DNA of 64,000 nt from positions 1 to 64,000 of the forward strand of contig DF237243.1 in assembly GCA_000708835.1 (NCBI GenBank). The letters run 5' to 3'. The stretch comes from Klebsormidium nitens (Eukaryota; Plantae; Klebsormidiophyceae). Made by a program: the position numbers and the translations under genes. Positions 10,401 through 20,200 of the stretch are shown here, piece after piece. Under the pieces are notes generated by a model. It was not told the DNA's origin. It ran no database searches and saw only the letters and a program-made list of their open reading frames with translations. Position 1 is the stretch's first letter. Each line of letters begins with the position of its first letter.

Positions 10401-13235
10401 ACCGGATCCTGCTTCCGGCGGAAAAGTCGGGGTTGGGCGGAACGCTGTACGTGTGCGGCCAGGCTGGTTTCACTAAGACGATCATGACGGCGCTCAAGAA
10501 TCTCATCAAACGCTTCCACATCGACATCCCCGGGTCGCTGGACCCCCATCCCGAGAGCGTGAGCAGCCCGCTCTAGTTGCTTTCGGCGGGAGGCGGCGCT
10601 TTGTGAATTGTATTCTAAAGCCGCTCTCGTTGTAAATGTTTGAGCAGTATGGTTCGAGCACCGGCCATTGTTCGAAAGCTGAAGTTATTGTTTGCCTTCT
10701 GACGCATAAGCTTTTGCTTGCGTGCTACTCCTCGTGGCTGACGTTTCTGACTGTTGGCGTCCAGCTCACTTTTATCTGCATATGATCAGCGGCCATATGA
10801 CTGCTTTGGGAATGCAGTAATCCCTTGTTATTTCTCCTTAATATGCAAAGTCGTGTGACAAATTGTTCGCCGTGAGCCAGAAGCCCCGAAAGCAGAAAGT
10901 CGCATTCTTTCATCCCTTTATTGCAGATTCTGTCCCGCCTGGTTGCCCAGCGCCGCCTCTGCCTGGAAGTTTTCACGTCGCACGCGGCCGCGGACCGCGC
11001 GGCGGAGGGGCGTACCTTCTGGCCGAGCGAGCTGTGCTTGCGCAATAATGACGTGGACGGCTGGTGGATGGCCATCGAGGCACGTGTGCTTGACGTCAGC
11101 GAGTTCCGGAACCTGCACCCCGGGGGGCCGCTCCTGACCGAGGGCTACTGCGGGTTCGACGCCACCGAGGTGGGCGGGTGACGTCGCTCTGCGCCCAATT
11201 CATGACGTCATGAACGTATGCAAAGCTGGAAGCCTCCAAAAATCAGCCTCTGAGAGCGAGAAAAAGCCATTGTCCCCCTGTTCGAAAGGAAGTTTGGCAT
11301 GCATTTGAGAGATGGCGCCGTTCTTCGGGAAACATTGGAAATAAGAACGGACAGGAGTTCCAGGGACCAAGCGCTCCGTCCACCATGGGAAGGAATCTGG
11401 CGCGCGAGCAGTCAAACATTTCTTCGCCCGGTCTTAAGGAACATCTCTTCTTGGAGAAGCAGTCCATCATCCGAAGCTAGCCCCAACTGCTGCCAAAGTG
11501 CTATTCGAAAGAGGCTCAAAAGTCAGTGTTTGATTCCTTCACTAAGATCACTGTTTGAGAGCACTTTTCAGTACAGGAAGGGAGGATCAAGATCGACGCC
11601 AACCTGTCAAAGCTTGAAGATTTTCTGCCATTTGTATTCTGAAACGGACGGTTCGGCTCCTCAGGCGTACTATGAAGTCGGACATCAGGCCGCGTCCGAA
11701 GTGCACTCCATGCTCGCGCTGTACGAGATCGGCAGGCTCCGCTGGATCGACCTGCCGCCCCCTCCGGAGGGGGATGCTTTTGCCGCCAATTTCACCCCCG
11801 TCTTGGTGCGCAAGTGGGTCGCGTTCCTTTTTAAAATGGCGGAGCTAGAGGGCATGTGCCGCGCGGCGTTCACCATGATGGACAAGGTGAGGGGGCGACA
11901 CGTGTACGGTAGGGAGAGCAAAGTAACGTCAACGCCCCTCATGAAGGCACTGGTCCCGGCTTTTTTCATGGAAGCAGAGAAGAGTCAGCAGAAGAGCGAC
12001 CCCAATTAGCGGCCTTCTTTCTCGTCCTTCTGTTGATCCTTTGTCGGTCCCGAAATTCTTATGCATTGTTGATCTGGCTTCTTGATTTGGGAAATGCATG
12101 GGGTTCAGACGCCTTCTAGCGACACTGAAAGGCACACAAGGAACATCACCCGACATAAGTGTTTAAAGCGTAACCGAGAGACGGTCGTTTTTGAAGAGGA
12201 TAGAAGCATTGGGCGACACTTATCGAACCTCTCGTCGTTTCCGCTTCCAGGAGCTCCAGAAGGCGCCCTCGCCCCAGGCCTACAACTACCTCCAAAACCT
12301 GCTGACGGTAAACAACATGGAGCTCAGTTGGCTGCCCATGATAGCCGGGGAAGACTGGGAGGCACTCCTCGCGAGCACCTTCGGCGCGGCCGCTCGCGCG
12401 CCGGCGGCGCCGGACGCGGGCGAACGCGCGAGCGCGGACGAGACGGTCGCGGCCGCGAGCGCCGCGGGCCTCGCCGACGCGCTCGCCGTCATCACAAAGA
12501 AGGCGGAGATCGACGGCTCGGAGGCCGGGAAGCTCCGGCAGGGCCTCCACGCGGCGCTCTCTGATCTGCTGACGGAGTCGACGCAAGGCGACACGGCGAA
12601 AGCGCCGACGGTCGCGAAGCAATGGGCGGCGATGCAGCGAATTAGGGCCGCTTCGCAGGAGCTGATGCGGGAGGCCAAGTTGGGCGTGCGGGACGTCGTG
12701 CGCAGCTTCGAGAACGTGAGTCCGGTGGTTTTGAACGATCGGACAGGAAATGGGAAAGGAACGCGTCTGTTCTTCGAACATCGTCCGGCCCTATTCTTTG
12801 TTCTGATCTGCTTCTGATCTTTGCTTCTGATCTGCTTCTTTGTTCTGATCAATCGCAATCACTTCGTGCATTTGCATTCGCGTCAGAATGTTGACAGAAG
12901 GAACTCGAGCGGAACGAGCGAGGGCGCAGATCTTTGCTACGTCCTTCTGTTGCAACGAGAGCAGAATCCCCATTTCGTGGGGGGCATCAGATCTCAGCCT
13001 TTTGCTAAGCAGCCTGCGTATCGGAGGAACCTTCCAATCAAGCGCTGAACGCCCGACCTCGCTTACTTTGCAGTTGTCGACGCTGAGCAAGCCGCAGGAG
13101 GTGCTAGCCGCGTACAACAATCTGCCGCTCAAGATTGCCGGGTACTGCGCGGCCGTCCCGAGGGCGGTTCAGAAGTACACGAACACAGTCACGGCGGTCG
13201 CCCTCGCGCTGCCGCATTTCAAGGCGGCCAATTGA
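1438..13235 (+). CDS. Multidomain heme/flavoprotein: IDO-family dioxygenase domain + FAD-binding + EF-hand pair + NAD(P)H-binding (FNR/CPR-type) + cytochrome b5 + unknown C-terminal region (~1,263 aa, 18 exons)
   Basis: Exons: 1438-1521, 1691-1937, 2430-2722, 3254-3494, 3870-4081, 4467-4614, 5022-5179, 5715-5912, 6758-6978, 7446-7569, 8053-8246, 8801-8943, 9723-9927, 10327-10558, 10927-11169, 11665-11886, 12251-12715, 13074-13235. All introns are GT-AG with matching phases; total 3,792 nt, one frame, ending TGA. IDO motifs: HGFMP...PLTSLPPKFKQWDELVTKLPEL, LPPAIDIPW, LTYFDNSLYNW, FFGRHMLK, TTGG. Reductase motifs: AGDRLMVLPKN, PRQYSIA, RRGVASTFL, F-LPENP...MFAGGTGIAPFRGF, LYVCGQ, LEVF. Cytochrome b5 motifs: HPGG...DATE...VGH. 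The first exon and start codon are less certain; an acceptor-like site at 1430 suggests a 5'UTR intron. Confidence 0.9.
1691..4614 (+). other. IDO/PrnB-superfamily heme domain (exons 2-6 of the fusion gene)
   Basis: The translated exons align by eye with the IDO family: N-terminal GFxP-x-PL-x-LP-x-F-x-W, YNW, E-x-x-FF, the DP helix, the LD-x-L-F-x-R turn, P-x-HW/R, the putative proximal heme His (CAT at 4509-4511 in GRHMLK) and a GTGG-like loop (TTGG). Confidence 0.85.
8053..8246 (+). other. Paired canonical EF-hand Ca2+-binding loops inserted in the reductase
   Basis: Loops DTDEDGHLSLPE and DADQNGSVSIDE both fit D-x-D-x-D/N-G-x-h-x-x-x-E, each preceded by an F-R-K/R helix. They are encoded on one exon between the FAD-binding exons and the GGTG NAD(P)H-binding exon. 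Confidence 0.9.
10990..11735 (+). other. Cytochrome b5-like heme-binding domain (spans exons 15-16)
   Basis: RTFWPSEL...NN...WWMAIEARVLDVSEFRNLHPGG...YCGFDATE|AYYEVGH...ML..YEIGRL matches the b5 fold. Both axial His residues are present (11116-11118 and 11683-11685). Confidence 0.9.
12794..12850. repeat. Short (TTCTGATC)-based tandem repeat in intron 17 of the fusion gene
   Basis: ttctttgttctgatctgcttctgatctttgcttctgatctgcttctttgttctgatc. Confidence 0.75.
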
Positions 13236-13710
13236 AATACTAATCCTGAGGCTGTTACTTCGACAACTCGCAAGATGTCTAGGAAACACATTTTGGCAGC
13301 CACACTGATACCCAAGCTCGCTTCAAGACACTGAACTGTGGGGGCTTCGTTGCAAGACCTCCTATTGACATGTTTCACTGATATAATGACATATTCCACT
13401 GATATAAGCTGGGACCGGAGAAACCGCTCAACGCGTGCTAGTAGCGAACCATGTCAAAGTCACTCAAAGCATTGCAACCGTTCAAATGCGTGTAGCTGGC
13501 TTATAATTCCCCAACCGCTCAGGGCACTCTAGTCATGTGAACGAGACCCGCAACTCACCTCTATGTCATCCAACTCAGCTAGTAATACTTTGAGGTCTTA
13601 AAACAAACATTCTCAGTACAAAACTCGTTGATGCAGAAGGGCGGCCTTTGAGTGCGTTATGAATATGGATGTGATGCAACCGCAATGCACTGACGGTACT
13701 AAGTCGATGA

Positions 13711-13958
13711 TCATAGCCGAATGATTGAAGGAGTCCAATAATCATTCCCAACGACGCTGCGGTTGAACCGTCGGTCGCGGATCACGCCTGCAGAATTGTC
13801 GAGCTGCTTTTTGAAGTGATCGGCCGGGCGTGTTAGACGCTTATCCGTGATGGGATCTGCGTGTATGTCTGTCGGACTAATCAAAACGATCTCCATATTG
13901 TACAAACATACGAAAAGGCACATGCACCTTGACCAAGCGTTGAGATGCTGCACTGCAT
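13711..13958 (-). CDS. Candidate small two-exon gene (~58 aa, unknown)
   Basis: Exons 13958-13928 and 13856-13711 with a 71-nt GT-AG intron in compatible phase give MQCSISTLGQDPITDKRLTRPADHFKKQLDNSAGVIRDRRFNRSVVGNDYWTPSIIRL*. The second exon is GC3-rich. I recognise no homology. Confidence 0.3.
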
Positions 13959-13974
13959 GGCAAACTTACACTTA

Positions 13975-14250
13975 GAGCTCTCGTGAGGCGGGCGTTAGGC
14001 CAACGCGGCCGCACCTCGTACGCTTGGGCCAGATACAGTACGTCCCGATCGCGTGCCTAGTACGCGCGCACGCACGCACGCGCGCGGCACCGGCCCCGAC
14101 GAAAGCACGCGCGGCGGCTGCCGCCGTGGCCGCCGCGCGCGACACTTGGTGCGGGGTTGAAACGTTCCGACGGCCAAGTGACGCTCGGATGCGCAAGCGC
14201 GGCCGCGGGGCACTCCCGCCTCCTCCGTCGGGTTGCACCCAAGCGACTGA
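13975..14250. promoter_or_regulatory. GC/CpG-rich promoter-like island, possibly bidirectional
   Basis: Very GC-rich non-coding stretch with GCGCGCACGCACGCACGCGCG and GCCGCC runs, similar in composition to 1-170. It is flanked by candidate genes on opposite strands. Confidence 0.45.
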
Positions 14251-14499
14251 CTAGCTAAGTTTGAAGAGTTGCAAAGCCGTCAGCCGCGTCGAATCTCGCA
14301 GGTTCAGTCTGAAACTGAGAAGGACTTTCGAGTTTTTGTCCACTCTTAGTTTCTCGGCCCGCTGTCGCTGATCATTAATACATGAGGTGGGTGATCCTAT
14401 CTCCTTGCATAACTCAGGGCGTGTTGTCACATAGTGGAGAGGGCCAGGGACGCAGAAATATTCAATTTTGATCCCTTGCAACAGTCTTCATCCAACTTC

Positions 14500-15498
14500 A
14501 TGGCAAAAGTTTTGAGATTTGCATTCGATAACGTTTTTGTTCAACCCTGTATTGCACTCTTCCGGTCCTTGAATACCGGGTTGGTTATTTGCAAGAGGAC
14601 TTACGTCAGACATAAGAAGACGTACACGATGTTCTCTACCTCAGCGGAACGAGACCTCTTTGTCCAGACTGGCATCTTTCATTACATTTGAGCGAATGAC
14701 GCTTTATTCTAAACTCACTCCGAGTCGATATTCTACCAGCTATTGAAGAGCTTCTTCACCGTCTTCAGGTTTGGTTTTTAAACCCCCTGACCTATCTGGA
14801 AAGCTGAAAGGTGGCATGAAAGCAGACGTGTTAGGTTGGCTGAGCAGTTGGCTGAGCGCCAACTATGAAAAGGGCGAGTGCCAGCCGTTGCTAGGAGTAC
14901 AGCCTTCGGACTTGTCGAAGTGCCCACTTGAGGTAAAAGCCTAAGCACTTCAACTTCAGCACCCTTAAGCAGACTGCCTCGTGAGTACAGGCTTGGATGC
15001 CCTCTACCGGTCCTCTTTTGTTTGTCGCTTCTGCTGCATGAGAAGTTGAACGGGAGTAATGGGAAACTTGGCTTGACCGTTCTTCTCATGATTCAACCTC
15101 TGACACGAGTATACGTATAGATGACGGAGGACCAGCTTTGTCTTCCGCCTTAAGCACGGCTGACATCGCCCTGGAAAGACTTGCAAGACGCGCCAGCAGT
15201 TGAGTCAAGCAAGACGTGCCAGCAGTTGAGGCATTAGACAATTTCCGGTTCCGCTCGTTTGCAGGAGCGCAGAAATACCCCGGAGTTTTTTGCTGCCTAC
15301 AAGCGGAGTAGGTTTCTGAGGCAGGTGGTCACAGACAATCTCGCAACTCTTGTCTCTCGACAGTGTCTCGCGTCCGGGGCAGAAGCAGAAGCACTTCAAA
15401 AGTCAATCGACCAGCACTGGAAGACCATCAGAGAGATCAACGTCCACGAATGCGCGCTGTGCCAGGCAAACACGTGTGAGATGTTTCTCGACTCCTGA
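14500..15498 (+). CDS. Candidate small unknown protein (~103 aa, 3 exons)
   Basis: The last exon 15265-15498 has a strong acceptor (ccgctcgtttgcag) and an open frame ERRNTPEFFAAYKRSRFLRQ...HECALCQANTCEMFLDS*. Upstream candidate exons 14740-14768 and 14500-14548 are phase-compatible, but the first donor (T|gtattg) is weak. Confidence 0.4.
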
Positions 15499-17252
15499 CC
15501 CAACATATTCAATCTATCAAGGTAGTTCACTGCAAAGGAAACCCTTCCAGAAGCCAGCCGACTTTGATTTCAATCCACAATTTCTGCACCAAAGGCCTCG
15601 GAAGGGAATCGTACTTGCGTGACATGCGTAAGTTCTGCAAACTGATCTGCTTGCTCTCCTTTCGAGTCGTGCTTCGATCTGCAGGCAAGGGGAAAAGACA
15701 ATCTGAATTGGCCTTTTGGTGGGCCTCACTTCCTGGAACAAGCTAGCGCTGCTCGTCTGCTTCCAAGCTTGCCAGTTCCTCCGTAGTTTTCTGCACGAGC
15801 ACCATTTTCATTACGCCCACTGGCCGAACTACTGCTGATATTCTGTGCTTGCTGCGTCATGCAGTGGGCCGCAACATCGATTCACTGGACGGCAACTTTT
15901 GGTGGGACCACAGTGCGCTGATCCATCATTTGCCTGAGGCGATGCGGCCAGCCGCTGTTGTCACTGCGAAAGTCAGCATTAACTCCCGGACTTGCGCTGA
16001 CCTAAGTCCTCCAGGTGGGACGCAATGAACGAGCATTGACGTGCTGAAAGCCACAAAGGGGGAAAGCTTTGGTATTCGGCTTCTATAGTGCAGCCAATCC
16101 ATTGGTCAACGGATAATAGTACTTATGTTGCCTTGACTGCTTTGAGAAAGTGTCTGCATTTGAGTCGTGGGTCAATGATGGTCGATACCGGTACGTCCGA
16201 TCGTATACACAAGTTTAAAGAGTTGGAACATCAACCATTTTAGAATTCTCAATCCTGCGGTACTGCAGCTCGTCTACACGAAGAGTGCAGGATATATGTC
16301 CTTGTGTATGGGCTCCACCGTTTTTGGATTGACGCTGCGCTGAGTCAGTATGCAGATCACTACGTTCATCACGGCCCACCGTTTTGAAATCCGTCCGTTC
16401 GAAATGAGGGCATGCAATTAGCATTATGACTCATCTTTAAAAGGCCTGCCGTAGGGAGCGGGTGGGCTCAGTGACGAGACTCATTGACAATGCAAGTGAT
16501 CTTTATATGAACGCTAGCTCAGGCCTGTTATGCTAGCCTGCTAACATACTATGCATAGATCATGATCTGCATGCAGGTAATTGCATCGGTTTTTTCGCAA
16601 CCGTGTGCATGAAATACTGGCGTACGTAAGGTGTGCACATGCCGAGTCCCCATCATTTTCATCATCCGCCGATGGGTTGAAGGTATGCAAGATTGGAGAC
16701 GGCTAACTTTACGAGGCCGGGCAGCAGTGCATCTCTCAATCGGATTCTCTGTCTTGTCAAAACAGTCGGTTTCAAGTAGTCAAGATGGCACGTACCGCTT
16801 GTCTCTCAACAAGCGATCCAAAATTTCGACGTGTCTCTCCCAGAGTGGGTGGAATGATGTTCAACACGCTGTGGTCCAGCAATCCGACGGCCTTTACGTA
16901 TGCCCTTGCTCGCCACGAAATGAATCCTACAATAGACTCGCAACCTGCGCGGCAGACTCAAAACGCGTGCCCTATGCAGTCAACGCAACACAGAAGCTCT
17001 TGCGGGTATTTTCGCTCTACACTGCCCGGCTGAGCCTACCAACCCCTATCTTACACTCTCAAACTAGCCGATCTTTTCTGCACTATTTTACAGAGGCGAC
17101 GCTGGCACATGCCCGGTGGATCGGCCAAGATCGACCAGGATGCAGAATCCGCCCCAGTGATTACTTCACGAATTCGGTGCTTGAACTTTGCAGTCTGAAT
17201 TAATCGACGTCATGCTGACGCCGGAGCTCTGACATCATCGGACCCCCCTCCT

Positions 17253-20200
17253 TCAAGTCTCTCCCGCTGACTCCGGTTTCTTCCGGATGGGCCTCCACAG
17301 GTTCGCCACCCAGGGAGCGAATTCGAAATTGTCTGGGTCGCGAGCGTGCGTCTTGTAGTAGTCCGACCAGTCACACCGGTTCTCTGACGTCAGCACCCCC
17401 CCCCGGCTGGAGTCGTACACGCACAGCGGCAGCCAGTCGTCGCCCCCGTTCATGCGCCGCTTGCGCTCCCGGGGGTACGCGAGCGGGGCCTGGATATACC
17501 TGCTGGGGGAGGGCGATGACGTCATTGCAACGGTGACGGCGACTGTATTAGGTGGGACTACAAAAGGCAGTATCTCCGACTGAGGGGGCCCATCTCGCCT
17601 GCGTTTCCGTGCTGTTTCCCAGAAGAGTGAATTTCAGGTATCTTTTAGGGTAAAGAATCATTTGAGGAAGTCCGTCGGAACACATCGCGGCCTGAAGCAA
17701 GCTAAGTGGTGGCAAGAACGTCATTTACGCGTTCGGTGTCGAAGAGTGCGGGGTCGAAGAGAAGATTGATTTTGCAAAATGGAGACTGAGGGTTCTGTCA
17801 ACATCGATAAGACGACGAGATACAGCGACATAATCCTGCTTTGGGCATTGTCTGACCACAGCGAAACTGACCACAAAAGTTCCAACCTCCGAAAGGCAAA
17901 CCTTGCCACGCAACAAAGATCGACAAGGTCCCCACTGATGGCCCAAGGGTTACCAACTCAACAAGATCCCGCTCGGACAGAATCCTGAGCTATCCGCACC
18001 TGACTCCGTCGAGCGTCATGTCCCAGCTGAAATGCGTATGCCCAAATAAGTGGCAACCCGGAGCGCCCGCCGCGTGGATGGCTCGCACGCGCGCCTCGAG
18101 CGCGTGCGACCCAACGGCCTTTGCGAGGTTGGGGTAGAAGAGGAAGCGCTTCTCGGGAATCAGCTCCAACCTGCGGAAGACGGAAGAACCTTTAGGGCTC
18201 AGAGCGCGCAAGACTACACGGGTCAAATCGGGGACCGTTGTAACAGGCTTAGCCTTTTTAGCCAGGAGACTCCGCCGAGTAGATTCGTGAAGCCAAACTC
18301 CTTCATTTATAACGTTCAGAATCTTCGTCTCACTTCCGCCACCGCCCTCAACGAATTCCCTTCCAGACCTGATTCCAACAAAAATCGAAACCCCCTTCGC
18401 TTCAAACCGTCCCTCTTTACCCTTGCCCAGAGCCCTTGTCCTTCGCTTTCTCAAACACAATCTGTACAGAAGCAATGGAAGATATTTCGAGACCGCATAC
18501 CTTGGGAGGAAGTGTGAGAACGTGATGACGTGGCACCCCGGGTTGGAGGTCGGGTCGAAACCCCGGTGCAGCTCGTGGTTCATCTCGTCGAACGCGCGTG
18601 CCACGGATTCGGTCCGGGCGTCCCAACCGGCGGGCCACTTGCAGACTTTGTGGTCTTTCGCTACCTGCGGAAGAGAAGAACGGCTAGGTCAGCACGGAAA
18701 CTTGCCGACGTCGTCGGATTTGAATGAGGTTTCCCCTCTGCTGTTTTGCAGAGAGGATAGAGGGTCAGTTTCGACAACCCGCGCAGCAAAGAGCATATTC
18801 ACACCTGTTATCAGCAGGGTAGTAGAGAGCCAAACGCGAATACCCCAGGGATAAGGCGGATCGGCAACAAAAGGCCGTTGCGAGATTCGCGTGGGGAAAT
18901 GCCTGCAACCTATGACGTACCTTATAGATGATGCGAAGCTCAAACTACAAAGAGCAGCGGACTCTTTTCCCTACGGTATATAGTGGCCGAATTTCGGTAA
19001 GTCAGATCTAGGCAGAAATGTCCGGACACGTGTCAGATTTTCCACCTTAGAGATTCGCCTACATGTTGAAAGGAACAACTTAACGAGTAAACTACCTGTC
19101 ATAATCTTAAGCCAAAGAACAATTTCTCAAACCATAGCAATAAAAGAATCATGCTCAACGGGGTTTCGTCGTCAAATGTTGGTAATCGGGCTCCATGATC
19201 AAGCCAGCTGTCAAAATGCAGAATCAGTCCTTACCTTTTCAATAGGGGGGATGTTGTAACCCGGAATGTCGGGCTCGGTATCAAAGCTTATATGGTGCCA
19301 AGAAAGAATCGGCACCACCCACACCCCGTGCTCCTCTTCCGCTACTCCGCTGTCTCGGCCGGAACTCCCCTTGGAGACGGACCCCCCCGGACCATCCCCT
19401 CCCCCTTGTGTCCCACTTTCTCCCCCCCTGCTTCTGCTCTTTTCCTCGCTGGTTCCGGCTCCGCCCCCCCTAGTTCCGCACGCATCTGCCCGAGCTCCGT
19501 TCTCTTCCGTCCGGGTTTGGTTTTCCCCCCATCTTATCCCGTTCTCGGTTTCCCTTCTTCCGATTCCACCCTCTCCGAAACCGCCCGTTTGGGAGCTTAC
19601 CCACTCCTCGGCACTCGTCAATCGCTCGTCGACGCTCGACAGCGGTTCTGCAACTCGCGCTTCCGTCGTTCGCCCCTCGGTTTCGGCACAGGCACCGTTC
19701 GATCCGGCCCCTGGAGCGGATCGCTGCGGTTCTCTTCTACCTGTCAAAGACGGTCGGACATTCCCCTCGACCGGCTCCGCACAGTTTGCTACCCGCTCCG
19801 GGATTCCAGCTTCCGGGTTACGCTCCTGCTCGTCGACCTGACTATGCGTGCTAGCAACACTCTTAAGATTATCTACACTCGCAGAAATGCCTGCATCAAT
19901 ATCTGCCCGCTCAGAAAGTCCAGTCGAACCGCACCCACCGGGCTCTTTCCGCTGGCTATTTACAATTGCCTGCTGCCCGCTTACTCCGCCATTGACGGGA
20001 CCTCTCCCCAGCGCCGGCTCCTGTAGAACTTTTTCCTTACTTGCTTCCCCGCAGTTCTCTGAAGCACTGCCGCCCTTTCTGGTCTGACCTGACTTTTCCT
20101 CCGGTTTCAGAAACTTGGGCCGCGTGTCGATCCCCAGATCCTGACAGATCTTGAAGAGCACTGCGAGCTTGCTCAGCGAGTTTTCCGGGGGGGCACTTGC

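Noticed and set aside
5022-11169. Nitric oxide synthase or cytochrome P450 reductase call for the fusion gene
   Set aside because: The reductase motifs are similar, but I found no NOS oxygenase Cys-heme motif, no flavodoxin/FMN domain and no calmodulin-binding linker, and the N-terminal domain is IDO-like.
12082-12858. Several 160-211 aa overlapping ORFs on both strands
   Set aside because: They are alternative-frame and antisense shadows of GC-rich exon 17 (12251-12715).
16631-17203. 190-aa plus-strand ORF
   Set aside because: It has a GTG start, no GC3 bias, no recognisable motif and no clear splice partners, and it lies in or near the antisense 3' UTR of the phosphoesterase.
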